Shown here one piece after another: positions 1 to 9,601 of a stretch of DNA of 64,000 bases. Where the stretch lies: positions 6,039 through 70,038 of the forward strand of contig CAZQRQ010000007.1 in assembly GCA_964595725.1 (NCBI GenBank). The letters are read 5' to 3'. Source of the stretch: an uncultured Rikenellaceae bacterium. GTDB taxonomy: Bacteria; Bacteroidota; Bacteroidia; Bacteroidales; VadinHA17. The position numbers and the translations under genes are program-made. Position 1 is the first letter of the stretch; each line of letters begins with the position of its first letter. The notes under the pieces are model-generated. The model was given only the letters and a program-made list of their open reading frames with translations. It made no database searches and was not told the DNA's origin.

Positions 1-1784
1 AGGATGAACCCAAGGACCGGGGCCTCCAGTAGTGTGATCATAAGATATTGCCTATCGGCAATTTTTCTTTTAAGGTCTCTTAACAGATATATGAACAACT
101 GGCGTCCCGGTGAAGGTCTTTCAAGATTTGTTGCCGGTGGTTCCGTGATCTCATCAAAAGGCTCTCCAGGATGTTTCAGCCGGAACTCTGATGCCCATTC
201 TTCGGGTTTAACTTTACGTTTTTCGGTATATCTGCCAAACTCATCCACTACCTGGGTTTCTATAATATTAAAGATCGTTTCAGGATTAACATTGCCGCAT
301 GAGGGGCATTCGCCGATGGTGGAATTGATTTGTGAATCAGCTGTTTTGAAATAAATGACCGAATCGACTGGATTCCCGAAGAATGCCATATTACCTCCCT
401 GATCAAGAATTATGACCTTGTCGAACATCTTGAATATTTCTGATGAGGGTTGATGAATAACCGTAATTATGAGCTTTCCTTTAAGAGTGAGTTCCATTAA
501 CAGGTCCATGAGGTTTTCTGAGTCACGCGATGAGAGCCCGGAAGTAGGTTCGTCGAGGAAAAGCACAGATGGCTCCCTGATAAGTTCAAGGGCTATATTG
601 AGCCTTTTCCTCTGTCCCCCGCTTATTACCTTATTCAGGGGTGATCCTACCTTAAGATCTCTTTTCTCAAGAAGACCTAGGCTTGCAAGAGTCTGGTCGG
701 TAAGCTGAATTATCTCTTTCCTGGATTTTGTGCCGAAGCACTGGCAGGCTGCAAAATAAAGGTTTTCAAATACGGTCAGGTCCTCAATAAGCAGATCATC
801 CTGTGGCACATATCCAAAAACCCCGTCAATTTCACCGCCACTGTCCTGTATGTCGATTCCGTTGATTTTTACATTTCCTGAAGCCGGTTTTAGTATGCCG
901 GCCATCAGGTTGAGAAGCGTGGTTTTTCCTGAGCCGCTTGATCCAAGGATGCCTATGAGATTACCTTCTCCGACCGAGAAGCTGACTTTATTAACTGCAG
1001 TTGTGCCCTCGCTGAACCTGTAGGTGAGGTCTTCAACAACGAAGGATAGCCTGCTGATATCTCTGTTAATCATCAGGTTCGACAGGATATCGCTGTAATA
1101 AATTGGATGTCCTGCTTGTGTTTTTACTGATCCGCCTTTGGCGAAGGTATAAATGCGTCCCTGATCAATAGGAAGTCCATTGAGGTAAAGTTGTTCATCG
1201 GAGAAATATTTAATAAAGAACAGGTCGACACTAGGGACCATCAGTATTGCAATGAGTGTATCCTGGTAACCCGACTGCATTTTATTGCAGAGATGGCATT
1301 TTTCAAAACTCGGGCTGAGAACGATGATAGAATGGTTTTTAAGAGTCTCAGACGTATCATTCTTTATGAACTGATCGATTGAACTGACCTCATCCTGTGA
1401 GATTTTAAATACTTCTGCAACAGTATTGATGATATTCATCCTCTGATTTGTGAACTGCCTGTCTGCGTTGACAAGTTCATATAATCTCATGAGAACGACT
1501 ACTTTTTGTTCCTGGTTGAGCGTCCGGTTAATCTTTTTGCAGATACCCAGGATTTTAACCGAATCTTTTACTGATGGCGAGGATTTTTTTGAACTTTCTT
1601 GAGCCTGGGTCAAAGGTCCGGCATGTTCATCGAAGAGGGCAAGGTATTCGAGCACGCTGTCTTTACTCAGTTGTTTTTCGAGAAAACTGACCACAAATTC
1701 CCTTTCAATTTCCAGAATACCAGCATCCTGTTTGACAATTAAGGCAAACAATTCCATAAGGGCCCTTAGAATCTCTTCACTCAT
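1..1784 (-). CDS. ABC transporter ATP-binding protein (ABC-2/ABCG-like), N-terminal part only; the gene runs off the left window edge
   Basis: Absent from the ORF track because it has no stop in the window. My minus-strand translation starts at the ATG at comp(1782-1784): MSEEILRALMELFALIVKQD... Walker A is LGSSGSGKTT (~920-950), the signature is VISGGQRKRL (~601-630) and Walker B is VLFLDEPTSGLS (~535-570). A long non-ABC region precedes the ATPase domain. Confidence 0.85.
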   Translation of the reverse strand, partial: MSEEILRALMELFALIVKQDAGILEIEREFVVSFLEKQLSKDSVLEYLALFDEHAGPLTQAQESSKKSSPSVKDSVKILGICKKINRTLNQEQKVVVLMRLYELVNADRQFTNQRMNIINTVAEVFKISQDEVSSIDQFIKNDTSETLKNHSIIVLSPSFEKCHLCNKMQSGYQDTLIAILMVPSVDLFFIKYFSDEQLYLNGLPIDQGRIYTFAKGGSVKTQAGHPIYYSDILSNLMINRDISRLSFVVEDLTYRFSEGTTAVNKVSFSVGEGNLIGILGSSGSGKTTLLNLMAGILKPASGNVKINGIDIQDSGGEIDGVFGYVPQDDLLIEDLTVFENLYFAACQCFGTKSRKEIIQLTDQTLASLGLLEKRDLKVGSPLNKVISGGQRKRLNIALELIREPSVLFLDEPTSGLSSRDSENLMDLLMELTLKGKLIITVIHQPSSEIFKMFDKVIILDQGGNMAFFGNPVDSVIYFKTADSQINSTIGECPSCGNVNPETIFNIIETQVVDEFGRYTEKRKVKPEEWASEFRLKHPGEPFDEITEPPATNLERPSPGRQLFIYLLRDLKRKIADRQYLMITLLEAPVLGFI

Positions 1785-1831
1785 AGATCAGGCAATTTAG
1801 CATCAAGATGAACGCCAGTAATGTAAATATA

Positions 1832-2917
1832 CTATTTCTTTTTGATGATTTTTGGAATAAATTTCCTGCTGACCCATCCGGGTACAATTATTGCACCGGC
1901 GATAAGTACCGGATAATAACCCACAAGTCTCCACAGAACAGCCATTGTCAGTCCCAGGCTGTGAACCACATCGGGGTTTGCGGGAATAAGGTCGGAGATA
2001 TAATTACCCAGTATCACCTCCGCAAAACCGCTCCCGCCAGGTGTAGGACTTATTATCATCATGATCCAGAGTACCAGCTGCCGCGCAAAAAGCAGAACAT
2101 GCTCCCTGAATATGAAGAAAGCCATAAGAATCCCATTTATTATCAGATACCTGGAGGTCCATGTAAAAAAAGTAGAAAATGCTGCCTTTATCCAAAATCC
2201 GGCAGGTTTCTTTTTAAGTTCCCGGGAACTTTCAACAATATCAATACCTGCTTTCTCTGCTGCCCCGTACCATCTTCTCAGAATGGGAAGCTTAAAAATT
2301 GCGATAAGCAGTCTCTTTATGCCCCGGGGGTTAAAAAAAAGCCCGTAACCTACGAGAATTACCCATAATAATATAATGGAAAAACCAAGGAGGGCGACCA
2401 CGATAAGATTATTCAGTATAAAGGTTTCTGCGTTGTTGCCGGTGTTTATCAGCAGTCTGTCAGGACCGATGAGTAAAAGCATTACAGGGAAAAGGACCAC
2501 GAAATAAAGTTCATCGAGGAAGGAGGTAAGCAGGACTATAGCGGTGCTTCTACCGACTGTTAATCCTTCCCTGTTAAGAAAAACTACAGCCACTGCAGTG
2601 CCACCTACGGTTGACGGTGAAATTGCAGAAGTAAACTCCCACAGTATTATTATCCTGAAAGATTGTCTCCATGTGAGCTCATTGTCGCTCAACACCCTGA
2701 TCCTCCACATATAGAAGAATGTTTCTGAGATGAGAAACATAAAAGCCACAAACAACCAGAAAACCGATGCCCATTTGAATTCAATATGTGTAAGAACATC
2801 AGTTTTTATTTCCCTCAATAATATCCACGCCACAACAGAAAGTCCGAGCAGAACAGGTATTACTATCCTGCCCGGCCTTAACTTTCTTCTTATTTCGTCA
2901 TGGCTGATTTCAGTCAT
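1832..2917 (-). CDS. Multi-pass membrane protein, flippase-like / lysylphosphatidylglycerol-synthase TM-region family
   Basis: 361-aa ORF that is hydrophobic throughout. The N-terminus RRKLRPGRIVIPVLLGLSVVAWILL and the overall layout resemble the UPF0104/LPG_synthase_TM family. Called from memory of the family, not searched. Confidence 0.5.
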   Translation of the reverse strand: MTEISHDEIRRKLRPGRIVIPVLLGLSVVAWILLREIKTDVLTHIEFKWASVFWLFVAFMFLISETFFYMWRIRVLSDNELTWRQSFRIIILWEFTSAISPSTVGGTAVAVVFLNREGLTVGRSTAIVLLTSFLDELYFVVLFPVMLLLIGPDRLLINTGNNAETFILNNLIVVALLGFSIILLWVILVGYGLFFNPRGIKRLLIAIFKLPILRRWYGAAEKAGIDIVESSRELKKKPAGFWIKAAFSTFFTWTSRYLIINGILMAFFIFREHVLLFARQLVLWIMMIISPTPGGSGFAEVILGNYISDLIPANPDVVHSLGLTMAVLWRLVGYYPVLIAGAIIVPGWVSRKFIPKIIKKK

Positions 2918-2923
2918 AGGCTC

Positions 2924-5638
2924 TTATTTTTCAGCCTTTTGCTCCTCTGTTTTCTTATCAAGGTATTTTTTCCCGCTCTTTATCCAGTCAGGTGGCCCGT
3001 CATCTTTCAGGTGATAATTAAAGAATTCATTTACTCTTTTTGTATAATCAAGCTGATTTTCTTTTTTTGAGAGATGATGATTTTCCCCGTCATACACCAG
3101 CATTATATAAGGCTTTTCCATGCGCCTCATGGTGGTGTACATTTCGATTCCCTGGTGCCAGTCGACAGCACCATCACTATTCCCGAAAGTAACCAGTAGG
3201 GGAGTTTTGATATTCTGGGCCTGAAACATTGGTGAATTGTCCATGTAATCCTGCATAATAACCCACCAGGGTTCCCTGAGCCGAGCCTGCGAGATCTCAA
3301 ATATATTCTGGTTTGGAGTGCCCGAATTCCAGTATATTTCATTGTACATACTTATCATATCAATCAGAGGCGCACCTGCAACTGCAGCCGCAAAAATGTC
3401 CGTCTGCGTTATTATGAAGCTTGTCTGGTATGCACCCCAGCTGTGTCCCATGATCCCAACTCTTTTTTCATCTATCATACCGGTTTTAAATACCTCTTCA
3501 ACAGCAGGGATCACACATTCAACTGCAGATTCCCCTGGATGATTGGTTTTATATACAATATCAGGCTGAAATACAAAATAGCCCTGATTGGTATAATTCG
3601 AAGTATTGTATGGGCTTCTAGGTGAGGGGATTACATATCTGTTAAGGAGATCTGACCTTATTTCATAGATATATACTATCATGGGGTATTTCTTCCCGGG
3701 CTCATAATCCGCCGGATAGAACAGGGCTCCCTGCAACGGTTTGCCATCTTGGTTCTTAAAGTTAACGAGTTCACTTTTACCCCAGGCAAATTTTGCCTGC
3801 TGGGGATTTATATCTGATATCTTTGTTCCCCTCGCGAACGAAGCATCAGTCCTGTATAGGTTTGGTGATGATGAATATGTTTCAGATGTATAGAGGAAAA
3901 AATCTGATTTTTCAGCTTTCTTAAGTCCGGAAATTGCCTTATTGTCATAAAGTAGTTTCTCGAACCTGTTCTTAGCTGTAAGCCTGTAATAGCCCATCTT
4001 TTTATCCAGGTCACCAAAAGCGCTGAAATATAAGTTATCGGCGGGATCAAGATATGGGTATTCGGTTGAAAGTCTTACTATTCTGAATATGGTATTTGAT
4101 TCTCTGCCATTTGTAAGGCGGACAGGTTCTGAACCATCCATAGGGACTTTCCAGACATCAAATTCATCATATAAAAGTACAGCCTTATCTTCTTTAAGCC
4201 AGACGCCATTACCGAAAGGAGGCTTTATATCACTCGGCCTATCGTCACGGGTGTTCCAGAATACCGAAGGAATATCCTCAGTAAGGTTAGTATGTTTCTC
4301 TTTATAAATATCATAAACCCACCATGAATTGTCATTAAAATAGAGGACATATTTACCCTCGGGAGATGATCCGTATACATGAATCGCCTTGGTCAGGAAT
4401 AATTTCTTCTCGCCGGTCAGTGAATTTACGGTATAATAATCAGCAAAACTCTCCCTGAATGCAGGCTGATAAGGTTTTTCGTCGGTCGCCAGGGCAAAAT
4501 GTCCGTCACCAGTAGGTGTGGCTTCGCGCATGTCGTCATCCGTGATTTTTATTATTTTGTCCTGGTCAGGCGTCCAGGCATACAGGTAGGTGAAATTTTT
4601 GTCTCGTTCATAGGTGTTTTTCTGCCTGGGCTGAACAGGATCGTCTTTCCAGTGCCAGATATCGACACCGGGGAGTTTCTCCTCATCTTCATCCTTTTTG
4701 CCTTTCTTCTCCTTAACGGTCCAGTCAAAGACACCAAAGTATAGAGTTTTCTGGTCTTTAGCGATGACAGGTTTGAAGTTCTCACTAATTCTCATCTTTT
4801 CGGGGAATCCTTTCTCAGATGAGGGATTATATCTCGTGATCTCCGGTTTGGCAAGTGCGTTTCTGACGGCAAAAAGAATATGGTTTTCTTCAACAAATCC
4901 GGTATCTGAGAATGCTTTCAGGAAAACGAAAGAACCACCTTCTCTTTCCCATACAAGATTTCTGTATGTGGCTGTGTCGTTATCGATAAATGATATGGAA
5001 TAATCCGCAAGGTTCATCATCTCAACACCATTTCCTTTTTTGTCTTCAGCATTAACAATATAAACCAGCCTGTTTCCCGGTTTATTTACGGAGTATTCAC
5101 TTATGTTCCCGATATTCTTAATTGTCCCGGTCTTAAGATTATAAATAAAGAGATTTCTTGTTTTGCTTTTTTCGTCAGGATAACCACTCATAATAATGTG
5201 GGATGCGTCCCTGGTGAACGCAAACGAAGATATGTTATCGAATATCCTCTCTTTTCCGGTCGACAACTCAAGAAGCCTGGTCTTATACCTGACAGGCTTC
5301 TTGAGTTCATTCATCTTTTCGACCTCGTCATCGCTGAACCCTACTCTGAACGCAGCCCACTTTGAGTTATTCGAGAAAGAAAGGCTGGAGCATAAAGCAT
5401 ATTTATAGATTTTTGATGTTGACGGGTTTTTAATGTAAAGGGTATCATCCCCGTCAACAAGTGAAATATTCCAGGCTATCCAGGCGCCGTCATCAGATAT
5501 TGAATTTGCACCGAGTGACTGCCATTTGGCATAATCAGCCGGTTTAGCAGTCGGCCTGGTATCCTGTCCGGTAAGTGAGACCAGGGTAACCGAATTTAAC
5601 AGGATGATCAGCAAAATTGAGATAAAGATTCTTTTCAT
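2924..5638 (-). CDS. S9 family serine peptidase (prolyl oligopeptidase / acylaminoacyl-peptidase type), secreted
   Basis: 904 aa with an N-terminal signal (MKRIFISILLIILLNSVTLVS). There is a long beta-propeller-like N-terminal region and a C-terminal alpha/beta hydrolase domain with nucleophile motif GIMGHSWGAYQT. Confidence 0.85.
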   Translation of the reverse strand: MKRIFISILLIILLNSVTLVSLTGQDTRPTAKPADYAKWQSLGANSISDDGAWIAWNISLVDGDDTLYIKNPSTSKIYKYALCSSLSFSNNSKWAAFRVGFSDDEVEKMNELKKPVRYKTRLLELSTGKERIFDNISSFAFTRDASHIIMSGYPDEKSKTRNLFIYNLKTGTIKNIGNISEYSVNKPGNRLVYIVNAEDKKGNGVEMMNLADYSISFIDNDTATYRNLVWEREGGSFVFLKAFSDTGFVEENHILFAVRNALAKPEITRYNPSSEKGFPEKMRISENFKPVIAKDQKTLYFGVFDWTVKEKKGKKDEDEEKLPGVDIWHWKDDPVQPRQKNTYERDKNFTYLYAWTPDQDKIIKITDDDMREATPTGDGHFALATDEKPYQPAFRESFADYYTVNSLTGEKKLFLTKAIHVYGSSPEGKYVLYFNDNSWWVYDIYKEKHTNLTEDIPSVFWNTRDDRPSDIKPPFGNGVWLKEDKAVLLYDEFDVWKVPMDGSEPVRLTNGRESNTIFRIVRLSTEYPYLDPADNLYFSAFGDLDKKMGYYRLTAKNRFEKLLYDNKAISGLKKAEKSDFFLYTSETYSSSPNLYRTDASFARGTKISDINPQQAKFAWGKSELVNFKNQDGKPLQGALFYPADYEPGKKYPMIVYIYEIRSDLLNRYVIPSPRSPYNTSNYTNQGYFVFQPDIVYKTNHPGESAVECVIPAVEEVFKTGMIDEKRVGIMGHSWGAYQTSFIITQTDIFAAAVAGAPLIDMISMYNEIYWNSGTPNQNIFEISQARLREPWWVIMQDYMDNSPMFQAQNIKTPLLVTFGNSDGAVDWHQGIEMYTTMRRMEKPYIMLVYDGENHHLSKKENQLDYTKRVNEFFNYHLKDDGPPDWIKSGKKYLDKKTEEQKAEK

Positions 5639-5987
5639 TTCTGGGATTTTTCAGGGTAAGTAATTTTAGCCAAATGTAATAAGATTCACTTATAATTAGA
5701 ATCACACATAGTTATTAATAATTGTCGTAATAATGCACTTACAAGCTCTGTTTGATATTTTACAGGTACAGTAAATAGTGTTAAAGTGAAAAACCAAGGA
5801 ACGTGACCGGTTAATCAACCAGCAGTGAAAAGATCAGCAAAGCCAATCCAGTGATTGTGTGAATAAGAAATAAGTTTAGCAAGTTACCACCAGGGGATGG
5901 CAATACAATCTGGTATTTGCAGCTTATAGTATTGTCTTTTCCAGGAAGTCCATGTAGTTCATACCAGTACCTTTTAAGCAAACAACC

Positions 5988-6821
5988 TTATTGTTTTATG
6001 GCACTCCACTTGACTGTTCCATTCCCGGTTGCAACTGTACCCTCCATCCTGTTGCCTTTTACAACACCTTTGTATGGTTCATTCCCGGCTTTGAAGGTAA
6101 TTTCCGCTCCTTTAAGTCTTCCTTCGGAAATGTCCAGCTTTCTGCTACCTGAATTAAGCTCACCCGAAATCATCTGGAATTCCTGGTCCAGTGTAATACT
6201 ACCCCCGTTGGAAAGAGCCCATTTGCCTTCCACCTTTGCCGGTACTATCCAGAGATAGCAGGTATTCCAGCTAGTCGCCATATCATCGATCTCAGCCCTG
6301 GCATCACTCTGCCAGTCCTGCATTGTAAAAGTATTGGAAACGACCCTAGTTCCCGGTTTCATATCGAGAATCTTGGGGCGCAGTCTCATATTGATATCTG
6401 GCAGCAGAAACATAGTGATTACGGTTGCCTTAGAAAAGTCGTACTCAAACAGGTCTGTCTCCAGGAACTGTGCCATTTTCGATACTCCTGCCTCTTCAGC
6501 ATTTTTCCTGGAGAGATCCACCATATTGGGATTATATTCTATGCCAATTGCATGGACACCACGCTTTGCAGCTGTTATTACCGTCCTCCCGTCTCCGGAT
6601 CCCAGGTCAATAAGAAAATCCTTTGGTGTGACCTGTGCGAGATCAAGCATTTTTTCCACGAGTGCCTGTGGAGTTGGCACCCAGACAACATCTTTACCTT
6701 CCTGACCCACTTCGGGCTGGAAACCGGGATTTTGCACTCTTTCCTGGGAAGAGAGAGTGACAGAACTCATGGCTAGGATTAAAACTACCATGAAGCGGAA
6801 CGTATGCTTATTTGTTTCCAT
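5988..6821 (-). CDS. Class I SAM-dependent methyltransferase-like protein with an N-terminal signal peptide and an extra C-terminal domain
   Basis: 277 aa. The signal-like N-terminus is FRFMVVLILAMSSVTLSSQE. SAM-binding motif I is FLIDLGSGDGRTVITAAKRG. Confidence 0.7.
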   Translation of the reverse strand: METNKHTFRFMVVLILAMSSVTLSSQERVQNPGFQPEVGQEGKDVVWVPTPQALVEKMLDLAQVTPKDFLIDLGSGDGRTVITAAKRGVHAIGIEYNPNMVDLSRKNAEEAGVSKMAQFLETDLFEYDFSKATVITMFLLPDINMRLRPKILDMKPGTRVVSNTFTMQDWQSDARAEIDDMATSWNTCYLWIVPAKVEGKWALSNGGSITLDQEFQMISGELNSGSRKLDISEGRLKGAEITFKAGNEPYKGVVKGNRMEGTVATGNGTVKWSAIKQ

Positions 6822-6840
6822 GTTAAGATTATTATGTAGT

Positions 6841-7557
6841 TTAGATTATATGTTTTCTCAGAAAACCGATGATTGTAAAAACACTAACCAGTACAAGTGC
6901 TATAATAGCGGTGAAGACAATTGATCTGTAATCGTCCTGTCTTTTAATCCAGATACCGATAAATGCCCATATCACTGCAATACCAATGAATGGATTTTTG
7001 AGCCTTATAATAGTCAAAACGACTATCAGTGCACTCATAAGTATCATTATTATCGTCCAGGTCTCCTGTCGTATACCCAATCCGCCCCATCCATAATTAA
7101 CGAGTAAGGCAGTTACATTTGCAACCGTTGCAACACATATCCATCCCAGATAAATGCCAAAGGCTGCTTTAATCAGCCCGGGTGCGACATGCCTCACATT
7201 CAGATTAATCAGAATAAGGGTAACCAGTAAGGCAAGCATTACAATAAGTGATAATGGCATTAGCCTGTAATGCCAGGTAATTATCCAGAGGGCATTAAGA
7301 ATGCATGTTATTGAAAAATATAATCCTATACTATCGATTATTTCCTGCTCCTTTATTGTAAACTGAATGATGCAGAATATCCCGAGCAGCAGATAGATAA
7401 GTCCCCAGATCGAAAAGGTAATTCCGGCAGGCACAAAAAGGTTTGGGTATGAATCGGACAGGTCTCCTGTTGTAACATTGTTTAAAGGAAGAGCATTGGC
7501 CAGGTAGTTCATCAGTATCATTACCGCAAAGAGGATAATATTTAAAATCTTGATCAT
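6841..7557 (-). CDS. Integral membrane protein, TspO/MBR-like (tryptophan-rich sensory protein family)
   Basis: 238 aa with about 6 TM segments. The motif NYLANALPLNNVTTGDLSDSYPNLFVPAGITFSIWGLIYLLL matches my memory of long TspO-like proteins. Not searched. Confidence 0.45.
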   Translation of the reverse strand: MIKILNIILFAVMILMNYLANALPLNNVTTGDLSDSYPNLFVPAGITFSIWGLIYLLLGIFCIIQFTIKEQEIIDSIGLYFSITCILNALWIITWHYRLMPLSLIVMLALLVTLILINLNVRHVAPGLIKAAFGIYLGWICVATVANVTALLVNYGWGGLGIRQETWTIIMILMSALIVVLTIIRLKNPFIGIAVIWAFIGIWIKRQDDYRSIVFTAIIALVLVSVFTIIGFLRKHII

Positions 7558-7648
7558 TGCCTTTGCTCTTGAGGTTTGATTATCAAATATAGTAATTTAT
7601 TATACTTATAGACGTACTTAACAATATCCATGCAATTTTGTTTTACCA

Positions 7649-8092
7649 ATGAAATTAAAACAGACAGAAATGAAAAGGTTCCTATTATCAGTCGTTATAC
7701 TGATATTAATATCTACAGGTATTTCGCATGCTCAAAACCTGATCACTGCCTCTCCGACGGATACACTTGTTGTATTATGGTCGAGCGGTGATCCTGAGGT
7801 TGCAGAGAAAGCATGCCTGATGTACACTCATGCCGCCAAGAGATTTAACTGGTTCAATGAGGTTATACTGATTGCCTGGGGGCCATCAGAGAAACTTATG
7901 GCAGAAAATGAATCCGTGAAGGCAAAAATTGCAGAAATGCAGAAAGACGGCATAAAAATCCAGGCGTGTATTGCCTGTTCTAATCTGTATGGTGTGACCG
8001 GAGAGTTGAAAGCATGTTCGGTTGATGTCAAGGGAATGGGAGGAGTGCTGACAGAATATCTTAAAAAAAGATATAGCATAGTATCATTCTAG
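7649..8092 (+). CDS. DsrE/DsrF-like family protein, secreted
   Basis: 147 aa with a signal peptide (LLSVVILILISTGISHAQ). The DsrE-like pattern is LVVLWSSGDPEVAEKACLMY...IQACIACSNLYG. Confidence 0.5.
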   Translation: MKLKQTEMKRFLLSVVILILISTGISHAQNLITASPTDTLVVLWSSGDPEVAEKACLMYTHAAKRFNWFNEVILIAWGPSEKLMAENESVKAKIAEMQKDGIKIQACIACSNLYGVTGELKACSVDVKGMGGVLTEYLKKRYSIVSF

Positions 8093-8104
8093 AGAGAGTC
8101 AGGG

Positions 8105-9391
8105 TCAATTGCCTATTTTGTACAAATAATTATCGGTCCTGAGGATTACAGCATTCCTGAGGAATGCAGGTGTTGCCCAGATACCTGATTCCATCTTGTT
8201 CTCTGCAATAACTTCATACTTCCTGCCTGCTTTGATGGTAATGACATCTCCCCGTACTGAAAAAAGCCATATGTTCCCGTTAAGATATATTGGTGAAGCA
8301 TTATAGTTTGCTGTCAGTCTCGTGGTCCAAATTTCGTTGCCTGTTCCTGCATCGACACACATCAGGATATTTCGGGTGGTTATTGTATATATCAGGCCGT
8401 CTTTGATTATCGGGGTGAGCATCTGATTATTCGTAAGAGGATCAGTTTTCTTCCAGATTATGTTGGTTTTTGTTATATCTCCTTTACCGTCAGGATTGAC
8501 GGCAACGAATTCCGAATATTTACTCCCTCTGCTATCGACTATATAACCATTATACCAGTAGAGGATACCATTCTCAGTGACGGGCATGGAAATAGTAGAT
8601 TCAGCACCACCGATCACTCTCCATATCTCTCTGCCTGTCGATGGATCGAGTGCCTGGCATACTGCCGATCCATTGGAAATAAGCATATCCTGGCCCCTGA
8701 CATTAATTAGCAGCGGAGTAACATATGCTTTTCTCCCGATTGATGTCAGAGGTCCATAAGGTTCAGTTGGTCTGTCAGTCTTCCATACCTGCTTACCTGT
8801 TGCCTTATCAAGACCAACAATAAATCTCATATCAGTGCCCTCGAAATGCAGGATAAGAAGATTCCTGTAAATTACCGGCGATGATGCCGGCCCCTGTACA
8901 TATCTTACAGAATAATCGTTGTTTTTCCATATAATTGATCCGTTTGATATATTTATGCAGGCAGTCCCGCTGCTACCATAATGAACGTAGACAAATCCTT
9001 TTTCTATTGATGGAGTTGGTGTTGCATAACTGTTGAAATTATGTTTTCCTTCAACTTTTTCAGGGCTAAATACCTTTATATCATATATAATTTTCCCTGT
9101 TTCATAATCGATACAGACAGCGTAAAGATTCCTGCCGTCAGCACTTGCAGTGGTAAGCCACACCTGGTTACCGTAAATAACAGGAGAAGAAAGGCCACGG
9201 TTATGAATAACTGTCTTCCATTTTACAGATGAATCATCCCATTTAAGAGGAACATCCCCTGATTCTGCAATTCCATTCAGATTACTGCCCCTGAAATGTG
9301 TCCAGTCACCTGACTGCGCGGAAATACTTCCAGAAGCCATAAACGATACGACCAGAATATTTAACCAGATAAACAATGTCTTACTTTTCAT
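8105..9391 (-). CDS. PQQ-like beta-propeller repeat protein (BamB-like fold), secreted
   Basis: 428 aa with a signal peptide. Repeated W-x-blade motifs are present (GKIIYDIKVF, GKQVWKTDRP, GREIWRVIGG, GNEIWTTRLT). Confidence 0.7.
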   Translation of the reverse strand: MKSKTLFIWLNILVVSFMASGSISAQSGDWTHFRGSNLNGIAESGDVPLKWDDSSVKWKTVIHNRGLSSPVIYGNQVWLTTASADGRNLYAVCIDYETGKIIYDIKVFSPEKVEGKHNFNSYATPTPSIEKGFVYVHYGSSGTACINISNGSIIWKNNDYSVRYVQGPASSPVIYRNLLILHFEGTDMRFIVGLDKATGKQVWKTDRPTEPYGPLTSIGRKAYVTPLLINVRGQDMLISNGSAVCQALDPSTGREIWRVIGGAESTISMPVTENGILYWYNGYIVDSRGSKYSEFVAVNPDGKGDITKTNIIWKKTDPLTNNQMLTPIIKDGLIYTITTRNILMCVDAGTGNEIWTTRLTANYNASPIYLNGNIWLFSVRGDVITIKAGRKYEVIAENKMESGIWATPAFLRNAVILRTDNYLYKIGN

Positions 9392-9601
9392 TATTATAAA
9401 GATTAAGCCCTAAATCTATGAAAATTAGCTGTCGGGATAATGATATATGATACTTCAGATATATTTTTATGATTAATTGACACTATTGTTTAAAAATGGT
9501 TAAGCAAAAAGGTTAATGATACTTAAAAAAATGGATGATTATTTCTGCTTTAAAAAAAAATTATAATCTTGCGTTTCTTAACCTAAAAAGGGTAATCTAT
9601 C

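Noticed and set aside
4-1382. Plus-strand track ORFs 4-354, 469-708 and 1191-1382.
   Set aside because: They lie antisense within a long minus-strand frame that carries clear ABC Walker A, signature and Walker B motifs. They are shadow ORFs.
5880-5960. An imperfect hairpin (GGCAATAC...GTATTGTC followed by TTTTCC) in the 349-bp spacer upstream of the S9 peptidase, considered as an ncRNA or terminator.
   Set aside because: The stem is mismatched and the loop is long. The orientation does not fit termination of the adjacent minus-strand methyltransferase, and I recognise no conserved ncRNA motif.
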